From: Chloroflexota bacterium
GTDB lineage: Bacteria; Chloroflexota; Limnocylindria; Limnocylindrales; CSP1-4
Length of the DNA stretch: 64,000 nucleotides
Reading direction: 5' to 3'
NCBI GenBank assembly: GCA_034430475.1
Contig: DAOUEA010000009.1
Location: forward strand, 107,578-171,577
Shown here: in pieces, positions 9,007 to 17,750 of the stretch
How the letters are laid out: the number at the start of each line of letters is the position of its first letter
How positions within the stretch are numbered: position 1 is the stretch's first letter
Program-made: the position numbers and the translations under genes
The notes under the pieces: generated by a model
Told to the model about the DNA's origin: nothing
Database searches by the model: none
The model's input: only the letters and a program-made list of their open reading frames with translations

Positions 9007-10173
9007 GTGAACCGCTTCGAGGCCAATCTCCGGATTCCCGGCCCGACCTCTTTGCCGGATGCCGTGCGCGAGGCCGGCGCCCGACAGATGGTCAACCATC
9101 GGGGTCCGGAGTTCGCCGCTCTCCAGAACGGCATAGTCGAGCGCCTCAAGAGGGCCTTCAAGACCGAGAACGACGTCCTGATCGTCACCGCGGCGGGAAC
9201 GGGCGGTCTCGAGTCGGCCATCGTCAGCTTCCTCTCGCCGAACGACAAGGTCCTGGCCATCACCATCGGCGCCTTCGGCGACCGCTTCGCCAAGATCGCC
9301 ACGGCCTACGGCGCGGACGTAACCAAGCTCGCCTTCGACTGGGGCCAGGCCGCAGACCCGGCCAAGGTGCGCGACGCGCTCTCGGAAGGCGGCCCGTGGA
9401 AGGCCGTGCTCATGACCCAGAACGAGACTTCGACGGCCGTAACCAACCCGATCTCCGAGCTGGCCAAGGCCGTCCACGAGCTGGCACCGGACGCCCTGGT
9501 GATAGTCGACGCCATCAGCGGCCTGGGCGCCGTGCCGTTCGAGACCGATGCCTGGGGCCTGGACATCGTCGTAAGCGGCTCCCAGAAGGCCTGGATGGTC
9601 GCCCCTGGTCTTTCCCTGGTAGCGGTGTCACCGCGCGCCTGGGAGGCCGCGGCGACGGCCAAGATGCCCAAGTTCTACTTCGACCTGCTCGCGCACAGGG
9701 CCAGCGCCGAGTCGGGCCAGACCCCCTGGACCCCGGCCGTGGGCGTCATGTTCCAACTGGACGTGGCCCTCAGCCTGATCGAGCAGGAGGGCCTGGAGGC
9801 GATCTGGAAGCGCCATGAGGCCGTTGGAGCAGCCGTGAGGGCCGGCCTCACGAAACTCGGGTTCAAGCTGCTCGCCGACCCAGCCTTCGCCTCCAACACG
9901 GTCACCGGCGCCTGGATCCCCGAGGACCTCGACTGGAAGACCTTCAACGGCAAGCTGCGCGCGCTCGGGCTCGTGGTGGCCGGCGGGCAAGGCAACCTCA
10001 AGGGCAAGATCTTCCGGATCGGCCACCTGGGCCACGTCACCGTGCCCAGCATCCTCAACGCCGTGGCGGTCCTCGAGCAGGCCCTGCTCGAGCTGGGCCG
10101 GCCGGTCCAGCCCGGAGCGGCCGTCGGGGCCGCCCAGGTAGCCGCCCTGAAGGCCATGGGCCTGGCGAAGTAA
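9007..10173 (+). CDS. class-V pyridoxal-phosphate aminotransferase (serine-glyoxylate/phosphoserine aminotransferase type)
   Basis: GTG 9007 with AAGGAGGA 9 nt upstream. Contains NHRGPEF, SGSQKAW (PLP-lysine motif) and FRIGHLG typical of the AGXT/class-V family. Lies 9 nt upstream of serA. Confidence 0.85.
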   Translation: MNRFEANLRIPGPTSLPDAVREAGARQMVNHRGPEFAALQNGIVERLKRAFKTENDVLIVTAAGTGGLESAIVSFLSPNDKVLAITIGAFGDRFAKIATAYGADVTKLAFDWGQAADPAKVRDALSEGGPWKAVLMTQNETSTAVTNPISELAKAVHELAPDALVIVDAISGLGAVPFETDAWGLDIVVSGSQKAWMVAPGLSLVAVSPRAWEAAATAKMPKFYFDLLAHRASAESGQTPWTPAVGVMFQLDVALSLIEQEGLEAIWKRHEAVGAAVRAGLTKLGFKLLADPAFASNTVTGAWIPEDLDWKTFNGKLRALGLVVAGGQGNLKGKIFRIGHLGHVTVPSILNAVAVLEQALLELGRPVQPGAAVGAAQVAALKAMGLAK

Positions 10174-10182
10174 GGAGCCACA

Positions 10183-11760
10183 ATGAAGATCCTCGTTGCC
10201 GAGCCCCTGGCCAAGCAGGGCCTCGAGATCCTCCGCGCCCACCACGAGGTGGACGAGAAGATCGGTCTCTCCCCCGAAGACCTGGCGGCATGCATCGGCG
10301 ACTACGACGCTCTGCTGGTCCGAAGCCAGGTCAAGGTGACGGCCGACATCATCGCCCACGCGACGCGCATGGTCGTCATCGGCCGGGCAGGCGTGGGCGT
10401 GGACAACGTCGACCTGGAAGCCGCCACCAAGGCCGGCATCGTGGTCGTCAATGCCCCCACCGGTAACACTACCTCGGCCGCAGAGCAGACGATCGCGCTG
10501 ATGCTGGCGGTCGCCCGCAAGACGGCCGCCGCCGATGCCTCGATGCGCAAGGGCGAGTGGAAGCGCAGCTCCTTCACCGGCGTCGAGCTGCGCGGCCGGA
10601 CTCTCGGCATCGTCGGCCTGGGCAAGATCGGCATGGCCGTGGCCGACCGAGCCCGCGGCCTGGAGATGAACCTCATCGGCCACGACCCCTTCGTGACCGC
10701 CGACCAGGCGGCTCTGCACGAGGTCGAGCTCGTCGAGCTGGACGCGCTTCTCGAGCAATCGGACGTCATCACGGTCCACGTGCCGCTCAACAAGACCACC
10801 AAGGGCATCGTCAATGCCGGCAACGTTGGCAAGCTCAAGCCCGGGGTGATGCTGGTCAACGTGGCCCGGGGCGGCGTCTACGACGAGGCCGCCGTGGCCC
10901 AGGCCCTGGCGGACGGCAAGATCGCGGGCGCCGGCTTCGACGTCTACGATCCGGAGCCTCCCGTCGATTCGCCGATCCTGACGGCACCGAACGTCACCCT
11001 GACGCCTCACCTCGGGGCACTCACGACCGAGGCCCAGCAGCGGGTGGCCGAGGAGGCCTGTGAGCAGGTCGTCGACGTGCTGGCCGGGCGCTCGGCCCGC
11101 TACGCCGTCAACGCCCCGCTTCTGACGCCCGAAACCGCCCGCGCCATCGCGCCCTACCTGCCCCTCACCGAGATCCTGGGACGGTTCGCGGCCCAGTACC
11201 TGCGCGGCGCCGTCAACTCCCTGACCGTCGAGGTGGCCGGCGACCTGGCCGAGTGCGACACCTCGCATCTCAGCGCCGCAGCGCTGCGGGGCATCCTGGC
11301 CGACGTGACAAGCGAACGGGTCAACTTGATCAACGCCGCCTTCCTGGCCAAGAGCCGCGGCCTGACGGTCAACGAGAGCAAGGCCCACGAGGCGGGCACT
11401 TTCGCCTCGCTGGTCACGCTGACCGTCGACGGCGACAAGGGCAAGGTGGTCGTGGCCGGCACCGTCGCCAACGGCGAGCCGCGGATCGTCCGCATCGACG
11501 ACAACTGGATCGACATGGCGCCTGCGCCGCTGATGCTGGTCACTCATCACCAGGACAAGCCCGGCACGATGGGCCGCATCGGCATTATGCTCGGCGAGGC
11601 CGACGTCAACATCAGCTCCATGACCCTGGCCCGCACGGCACCCAGGCAGAACGCGCTGATGCTGCTGGCCGTCGACGACGACGTTTCGGACGAGATCGCG
11701 GCCAGGATCAAGAATGAGCCCGCCGTCCTGGACGTGTGGGTAATCCGGGCCGGGGTGTGA
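10183..11760 (+). CDS. serA: D-3-phosphoglycerate dehydrogenase, long form with ASB and ACT domains
   Basis: 525 aa. NAD motif GIVGLGKIGMAVA, catalytic NVARGG and TPHLGA. The C-terminal regulatory region ends in an ACT-like segment (GTMGRIGIMLGEADVNISSMTLAR). Confidence 0.92.
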   Translation: MKILVAEPLAKQGLEILRAHHEVDEKIGLSPEDLAACIGDYDALLVRSQVKVTADIIAHATRMVVIGRAGVGVDNVDLEAATKAGIVVVNAPTGNTTSAAEQTIALMLAVARKTAAADASMRKGEWKRSSFTGVELRGRTLGIVGLGKIGMAVADRARGLEMNLIGHDPFVTADQAALHEVELVELDALLEQSDVITVHVPLNKTTKGIVNAGNVGKLKPGVMLVNVARGGVYDEAAVAQALADGKIAGAGFDVYDPEPPVDSPILTAPNVTLTPHLGALTTEAQQRVAEEACEQVVDVLAGRSARYAVNAPLLTPETARAIAPYLPLTEILGRFAAQYLRGAVNSLTVEVAGDLAECDTSHLSAAALRGILADVTSERVNLINAAFLAKSRGLTVNESKAHEAGTFASLVTLTVDGDKGKVVVAGTVANGEPRIVRIDDNWIDMAPAPLMLVTHHQDKPGTMGRIGIMLGEADVNISSMTLARTAPRQNALMLLAVDDDVSDEIAARIKNEPAVLDVWVIRAGV

Positions 11761-11774
11761 GCTTGAACTCCTCT

Positions 11775-12623
11775 ATGCGGGACGCGGAGCGGCCTTCGGG
11801 GGCCGCTTCGCTCATTCCTTCCGGTCTCGACGGGGTGCTGGTCCTGCTGCGCCACGGCGAGACCGAGTTCATCGTCCAGCGTCGCTTCCAGGGTCAGATG
11901 GAGGCGCCGCTCAGCCGTCGCGGCGAGCAGCAGGCGCGCCTTGCCGGCGTCCGGCTGGCCGATCCCGGCGCGGACCCGCCGCTGCCCATACCCGACGCAC
12001 CGCCCTGCCTCTTCGTCAGCTCCCCCCTGGAGCGGGCCCGCCGCAGCGCCGATCTGGTGGCGGCCGCTTTCGGGGAAGCGGGCCGGCCCATTCCCCCACT
12101 CCGCTCGGAGGCCGGCCTGTCGGAGATCGCCCAGGGAGAATGGGAGGGGCTCAGGGACGAGGAGATCAGCGCCCGGTTCGGCGATTCGCTGGCCGCCTGG
12201 CGTCGCTGGCCGGACCGATTCCACGCCCCGGGCGGCGAGTCTCTCGAGCAGGTCCGCAGCCGCGTCGAGGAGGCCCTGGGCCGGCTGCTGGGCGAGATGG
12301 CGGCCGGGGCTACGCCGGGCACGATGGACCGCCATCAGGTCCTGGGTTACGCCGACGACGTGGAGACCGACCCACGCTGGGCCCTCGTCGTCGCCCACGG
12401 TGGCATCTTCCGCGTCGTCGTGTGCTGCCTGCTCGGCCTGCCGGCGCATCATTTCTGGAACTTCGACTTCGGCCTGGGCGCGATCACAGTCATCGAGGTC
12501 CGAGCCGGGCGGGCGGTCATCCGGGCCCTCAACCTGGAGGATCACCTTGGCCGCGCTGTCACCGATATGGCGGCCTCGCCCGGGGCCGACGAGACCCCGC
12601 CGCGCCCGGAAGGCGCTCTGTAG
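11775..12623 (+). CDS. histidine-phosphatase superfamily protein (dPGM/CobC-like); candidate phosphoserine phosphatase
   Basis: Catalytic LLRHGETEF motif near the N-terminus and a later VVAHGGIFR (second His). Start uncertain: GTG 11736, GTG 11757 and ATG 11775 are all in frame. Confidence 0.75.
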   Translation: MRDAERPSGAASLIPSGLDGVLVLLRHGETEFIVQRRFQGQMEAPLSRRGEQQARLAGVRLADPGADPPLPIPDAPPCLFVSSPLERARRSADLVAAAFGEAGRPIPPLRSEAGLSEIAQGEWEGLRDEEISARFGDSLAAWRRWPDRFHAPGGESLEQVRSRVEEALGRLLGEMAAGATPGTMDRHQVLGYADDVETDPRWALVVAHGGIFRVVVCCLLGLPAHHFWNFDFGLGAITVIEVRAGRAVIRALNLEDHLGRAVTDMAASPGADETPPRPEGAL

Positions 12624-12635
12624 CGGCGATCGGCC

Positions 12636-15077
12636 TCAGCGACGCGTGCTCCCCCGCCGGTCCCGCCGTTGGCCGGGCGCAGCAGGTCGCCGGCCGGGCA
12701 GCTTGAAGATCAGCCGCAGCAGCGCCCCCCGGACCCGCCGCTCAGCCGCCTGGAGCGTGCTCAGCCGCTCCTCGCTGAGCTGCCGCTTGCCGTACACGAC
12801 CTCCACCTCGGCCATGGCCACGACCCCGAGGGGATCTCGCACCCCCGGTACGATGTCGGCCAGCATCCCGGTGTACTCGTAGATGGTCTGGGTGGGCTTC
12901 GGCCTGAAGCCCAAGCGGCTCGCGAGCCGGACGATGCCTCGATACACGCTGTCAGGCGCCTGCGGTCGCCCGGGGCGCCTGTTCCAGATCAGGATCACGG
13001 CGCCGAGCGTCACGATGGCCAGGACCGCGGGCAGCAGCAGGCCGAAGGGGCCGCTGGGGCCGCCGAGTGGGCCGCCCGCGCCACCCGCTCGCTCGCCCGG
13101 CTCATAGGGCGTCTGGCCCGGCCTGACCGTGCGGTTCGGGTCGCTCGAGAAGCTGGGCGCCGGGATCGCTTCGACTGCGCTGCCCGGGGGCAGCTCCGTC
13201 GGGCTGCCAACCCCGCCGCCCGTGGGATCGAATGGGATCCAGCCGTAGCCCAGGAAGTAGACCTCCACCCAGGCGTGGCGCTGCTGGGCGGTCACCTGCT
13301 CGATCAAGGTGTGCTGCTCCAGCCTGCCCGGCAGGAACCCCACCACGTAGCGCGCCGGGTAGCCCTCCAGGCGCATCAGCATCGTCATCGTCGTCGCGAA
13401 CTGTTCGCAGAACCCGTGCCGGGAGATGGCGAAGCAGTCTACCGTCGAGAGCCCGACGCAACTCCGGGCCAGGTCGCCGATGTCGCTGTCGTAGGTGAAC
13501 CTGTCGGGGTCCTGCAGGTACTCCTGGATCGCCTTGGCAGCGTCGTAGGCGTTGGCGAAACGCCCTGTCTGCGGAACCATGTCGTACCCCTGGACGGCGG
13601 CCTCGTGCCTGATCTCGAGCAGCAGCGACCTGGCGTCTTCGCCCAGGAACTCCACGCCCTGGGTGTACCTGGTCAGCAGCTCGGCCGGCAACTGCGTCCC
13701 GGCGTGCCGCAGCCGCCATTCGGTGAGGCCCTTGCCGGCAGGATCCGGGTCGGGGATGAAAGCCGTGACGGTGTAGTCCTGGGCCGTGGTCGGATACCAG
13801 ACGATCGCCCGATCGGTCTCGTAGGTGCCGATGGCCACCCGGTCCACCTGAACGCTGACGGAATCCGGCTCGTTCGCCACGACCATGTGCCGGAGCGACG
13901 TGTCCTGGACGTGAACCACGTATCGGAATTCGATACGACCGGGCGTCTGCGAGCCCACCGCGTCCGCCGTGGCCGCCGTCAGGGCGTCGCCCGCCCCCAC
14001 CGTGATCTGCTTCGTCTGGGGGCCGATCGCCCAGCCCGTCGTCCTGAACTCGTCATAGGCGGCGACGCGCCACTTCGACGTCCGGGCCTGATCGGGTAGC
14101 TTGACGGTGAAGACCTCGGTGGGAGCGGAGCTGAAGGAGGTCCCGATGGTGACCGACGCCGCGAAATCCGAGCCGGTGTTGATGCGGCTCTGGCCGCCCA
14201 CCGGCAGGTAGCCGCTGACCCAGGAGGCGAAGTCGCGGAAGGTCGGGTCGAACGGCGACAAGGCGGAGGCCAGCGGGGCCGAGCTGGCGACACTGGTCAG
14301 GATCAGGGACGCGCAAATGGCCAGCGAGGCGAAGCCCAACCCGCCCTCCAGGTGTGGCGTCTTGAAGTCGCCGCCTTTCCAGACCCTATGCCGGAGCCAG
14401 CTGGCTCTCTCCTCGGCCGCATGGGCCTGCAGCAGCAGGGCCAGGGCCGCCGCGCTGAACAGGACCAGGTCCCAGAACTGGTCGGTGTACGTCAGGCACA
14501 TGTTGGCCACGAGCAAGACGGCCATCAGCAACACCCCGGTCACCGCCCGGTGGTAGCCGAAGATGTCGTAGGACGCGGCCTGGGCTGTGCCCCAGACCAG
14601 GATCCCGATCAGCAGACAGAAGTGCCCGTACTGCGTGGTCGAAACCTGGTGGCGCCAGGTGAGGTCCAGGTAGGCCTGGGTCACCGACTCAGCCGTGGCG
14701 TTGAACCAGCCGACCAGCCCGGGTTCGGCGTTCGGCATCTCCGCCCCTACCGCCTCGATGATCAGGAAGGCGCCTATGGCCGCCCCGAACAGGTGGGCCA
14801 GCCAGGGCGACATGTCGAGACGGGCGCTGAAGTAGCCCCACAGCGCTCCGGCAACGGCCAGCCAGATGACGAACCCGGTCAGGTTGTCACGGCCCAGGAT
14901 CCAGCGAGCGTCGGCCAGCGACCAGGCCATCGCCGCCGCCATGATCCCCACCAGGAAGAGGCTGATCCAGCCTTCTTCCGGCTCCATGCGAGCAGCCAGG
15001 CGGCCCAGCAGCCCCGGCTCGTCGGAGCCGCGATCGTCGTAGCGTGAGCCGCCTCGTTCTGCCGTCCAGGCGCTCAT
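12636..15077 (-). CDS. transglutaminase-domain membrane protein (TgpA-like, polytopic N-terminal region plus C-terminal TM)
   Basis: 813 aa. About 6 N-terminal TM helices. Transglutaminase core CEQFATTMTMLMRLEGYPARYVVGF...HAWVEVYFLGYGWIPFDPT (Cys-His-Asp). The ATG overlaps the DUF58 stop (ATGA at 15074-15077). Confidence 0.85.
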   Translation of the reverse strand: MSAWTAERGGSRYDDRGSDEPGLLGRLAARMEPEEGWISLFLVGIMAAAMAWSLADARWILGRDNLTGFVIWLAVAGALWGYFSARLDMSPWLAHLFGAAIGAFLIIEAVGAEMPNAEPGLVGWFNATAESVTQAYLDLTWRHQVSTTQYGHFCLLIGILVWGTAQAASYDIFGYHRAVTGVLLMAVLLVANMCLTYTDQFWDLVLFSAAALALLLQAHAAEERASWLRHRVWKGGDFKTPHLEGGLGFASLAICASLILTSVASSAPLASALSPFDPTFRDFASWVSGYLPVGGQSRINTGSDFAASVTIGTSFSSAPTEVFTVKLPDQARTSKWRVAAYDEFRTTGWAIGPQTKQITVGAGDALTAATADAVGSQTPGRIEFRYVVHVQDTSLRHMVVANEPDSVSVQVDRVAIGTYETDRAIVWYPTTAQDYTVTAFIPDPDPAGKGLTEWRLRHAGTQLPAELLTRYTQGVEFLGEDARSLLLEIRHEAAVQGYDMVPQTGRFANAYDAAKAIQEYLQDPDRFTYDSDIGDLARSCVGLSTVDCFAISRHGFCEQFATTMTMLMRLEGYPARYVVGFLPGRLEQHTLIEQVTAQQRHAWVEVYFLGYGWIPFDPTGGGVGSPTELPPGSAVEAIPAPSFSSDPNRTVRPGQTPYEPGERAGGAGGPLGGPSGPFGLLLPAVLAIVTLGAVILIWNRRPGRPQAPDSVYRGIVRLASRLGFRPKPTQTIYEYTGMLADIVPGVRDPLGVVAMAEVEVVYGKRQLSEERLSTLQAAERRVRGALLRLIFKLPGRRPAAPGQRRDRRGSTRR

Positions 15078-16303
15078 GCCAGGACCGTCCCAAGGTCATC
15101 GCCGGCGCGCACCGGACAGGTCTTGAGATCGTATTCGGCCAGGGCGAAATGCAGCGCGCGCTGGTCCTGGCCGTCGTCGATCGGAGCGTCGTCCTCACGA
15201 CGATGACGCGGCCGAGACGCCCACTCGTAGCTGGCGCCGTCCAGGGTAACGACGACCGTCGCCACTCCCCGGTTCCGCAGGCCGATGAGGGCCCGCACCC
15301 AGTTGCGATCCACCGAGGGCGTGACCACAACCGCCGTCATCCCCTGGCGCAGCCTTGGCAGCCCCGCCAGCAGGGCCTCGGCCAGCGGCATCCGGCCGTC
15401 GCCCTCTACGGCCGCCAGGAGCTGCATGATCTTCATCCGCTGGCGCGGGCCGCGGTCGGCCGGGATCGAGACGAGCCTGTGGCCGCTGGTCGTCACGCCG
15501 ACGGCGCGGTTCTCGAGGATGGCGTCATGGGCCACTGAGGCCGCGATGCGCAGGATCTCTTCGACGGTGGATTGGTCACCCTGGCCGGCCTGGACCGACG
15601 AGTCGAGATCAACGAAGAGCCAGACGTCGGCCGTCTGCTCCAGGTCGAACTCCTTGACCTGGATCTCACCCAGCCGGGCCGTGCTGCGCCAGTGGATCCG
15701 GTTGAAGCTGTCCCCGGGCGCATAGGGCCTGATGGCCGTGGCCAGCGGCGTCGTCTGAAGCGTCCGCTCCGGCGCCGAGTGCGTGCCCTCCAGGTTGGCG
15801 TTGGGCAGCCGCCAGCGTGGCAGCGGGAAGACGCGTGGGAAGACGGTGACCACGCTGGGGCGGCCGACGGTGGCTGCGGCCTCGAAGAAGCCGAAGGGGT
15901 CGCCGGTGCGGACGACCATCGGCTCTATCCGGTACGTCCCCCGCCGGGTGAGGGGCACTATCGCCACCCACGACCGGTTGGCCCAGGAGCGCAGCCCCAG
16001 CGCCCGGCCGGGCAGCGCCACCGAGAGGTCGGTCGGGTTGTAGACCTCGAGCCAGGGCTTGGGCAGCCCGCCGGCGTTGGAGATGCTGTAGGTAACTCGC
16101 AGATCGTCACCCACATGGCCCTGGCGATGGTCGACGCGGTAGCCGGCTTCCAGATCTGCCAGGCCGAACCTGGTCAGGATGTAGCTGCCGCCGATGGCCA
16201 GCAGGCCCAGGTAGACGATGTAGAAGAGAAACCCGAGGCCCGTCGAGAAGGCCGCGATCAGCAGGACCGAGGCGACGATCAGGAACTGCAGACGCCGGAT
16301 CAC
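15074..16303 (-). CDS. DUF58 (vWA-like) domain protein
   Basis: Two N-terminal TM helices. FNRIHWRSTARLGEIQVKEFDLEQTADVWLFVDLDSS matches my recollection of the DUF58 core. Sits between the MoxR and transglutaminase genes. Confidence 0.85.
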   Translation of the reverse strand: MIRRLQFLIVASVLLIAAFSTGLGFLFYIVYLGLLAIGGSYILTRFGLADLEAGYRVDHRQGHVGDDLRVTYSISNAGGLPKPWLEVYNPTDLSVALPGRALGLRSWANRSWVAIVPLTRRGTYRIEPMVVRTGDPFGFFEAAATVGRPSVVTVFPRVFPLPRWRLPNANLEGTHSAPERTLQTTPLATAIRPYAPGDSFNRIHWRSTARLGEIQVKEFDLEQTADVWLFVDLDSSVQAGQGDQSTVEEILRIAASVAHDAILENRAVGVTTSGHRLVSIPADRGPRQRMKIMQLLAAVEGDGRMPLAEALLAGLPRLRQGMTAVVVTPSVDRNWVRALIGLRNRGVATVVVTLDGASYEWASRPRHRREDDAPIDDGQDQRALHFALAEYDLKTCPVRAGDDLGTVLA

Positions 16304-16324
16304 GACGCGACGCCCCGGCCGACG

Positions 16325-17344
16325 TCAGCGGGCCGCGCTGCTGGTGGCGCCCCGCTGGACCCTGCTGCGCGTCGCAGAGGGCTGCCTCTTGGCCGGCGCG
16401 ACGTTGCGGGTCGTGTCGACGGGGACGGTGTTCAGCAGCTCGGTCACGACCTGACGTGGGTCGATGTCGTGCATGGAGGAGCTGGTCTTGATGATCAGGC
16501 GATGGGCCAGGCAGGCTTCGGCCAGGGCCTTGACGTCGTCCGGGATGACGTAGTCGCGGCCGGTGAGAGCCGCCAGGGCCTGCCCCGTCCGATACAGGGC
16601 CAGTGAGCCGCGAGGAGAAGCGCCCAGATACACGTCGGGGTGAGTTCGAGTGGCGTTCACCAGCCGGACGATGTAGTCGGCAACCGACGGGTCGACGTAG
16701 ATGTCGCGCACGGATCTCTGAAGGTGGAGCAGGTCGTCCACCGCCAGAACCTGCTTGGTGTCGTCGAGCGGATGGCTGATCTTCTGCTGGTCCAGGATCG
16801 TCTGCTCGTCGGCGTGGCTCGGATAGCCGAGCCGGATGCGCATCATGAAGCGGTCCAGCTGGGCCTCGGGCAGGGCGAACGTGCCCTCGTACTCGATCGG
16901 GTTCTGGGTGGCAATGACCAGGAACGGCTCCGGCATGGCGTAGGTGGTGCCGTCGATCGTCGCCTGATGCTCCTCCATGCATTCGAGGAGCGCCGACTGC
17001 GTCTTGGGCGTGGCCCGGTTGATCTCGTCGGCAAGCACAACCTGGGCCATGATCGGCCCCGGGCGGAATTCGAACTCCTGCGTCTGGCGGTTGAAGATCG
17101 ACAACCCGGTTACGTCCGACGGCAGCAAGTCGGGCGTGAACTGGATTCGCCGGAAGCTGCAGCCCAGGCTGCGCGCCACCGCCTTGGCCAGCATGGTCTT
17201 GCCCGTGCCCGGAACGTCTTCGATGAGCAGATGACCGCGACACAGAAGGGCGACGAGCGTCAGCCGGACTTCCTGGCGCTTGCCGATGATGACGCGTTCG
17301 ACGTTCGCCGCGACTCTGTCGCCGGTTTGCTTGATGCTCGCCAT
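16325..17344 (-). CDS. MoxR-family AAA+ ATPase
   Basis: Start taken at ATG 17344 ([11 protein letters not shown]...). [11 protein letters not shown] Walker [20 protein letters not shown] Walker B/sensor, [26 protein letters not shown]. 339 aa is a typical MoxR length. The ORF-track N-terminal extension is unlikely to be coding. Confidence 0.9.
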   Translation of the reverse strand: MASIKQTGDRVAANVERVIIGKRQEVRLTLVALLCRGHLLIEDVPGTGKTMLAKAVARSLGCSFRRIQFTPDLLPSDVTGLSIFNRQTQEFEFRPGPIMAQVVLADEINRATPKTQSALLECMEEHQATIDGTTYAMPEPFLVIATQNPIEYEGTFALPEAQLDRFMMRIRLGYPSHADEQTILDQQKISHPLDDTKQVLAVDDLLHLQRSVRDIYVDPSVADYIVRLVNATRTHPDVYLGASPRGSLALYRTGQALAALTGRDYVIPDDVKALAEACLAHRLIIKTSSSMHDIDPRQVVTELLNTVPVDTTRNVAPAKRQPSATRSRVQRGATSSAAR

Positions 17345-17750
17345 CTGTCTCTCTTCCGGTGTTGTCGAGGCTGTCAATGCCCGCCGATGGCGCAGTGGTC
17401 TGAACGCCGGCCGCTTCGAGATCGTTGGCGGGATCGCCACATAGTACGCCGAGTCGCGCCAGACCTCCCTGCAGCACCGGCAAGGCGCCACCGAGCCCGC
17501 CTTTCCAGGACAGACGAATTAGCGGGCCCAGATGTTCACCGGTCCGGCGCCCGAGCCTACCAGACCTCACCGCACTCGACACGATTCGGGGGTTGGGCCT
17601 ATCCTGTTACCTTGCGAAGCGCCTTGCGAACGGTGGGACCTTCGGACCGCCGAGCACCGTACCAGCAGGGCGGCTCACGAATCGACGCAGACGGCGTAAC
17701 CTGCAGCCAAGCCCCAGCCGGCCTGCCCCCGGCACAGAACGAGATCGAGC

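Noticed and set aside
17345-17750. The 400-bp MoxR / zinc-ribbon divergent intergenic region, checked for a hidden ncRNA (SRP, RNase P or tmRNA-like motifs). The lower-GC gap 7560-7950 was checked the same way.
   Set aside because: None of the hallmark motifs of these RNAs were found (GGAA tetraloop domain IV, GAGGAAAGUCC, tag-peptide reading frame with an ...LAA stop). Only short hairpins and a 9-bp direct repeat are present.
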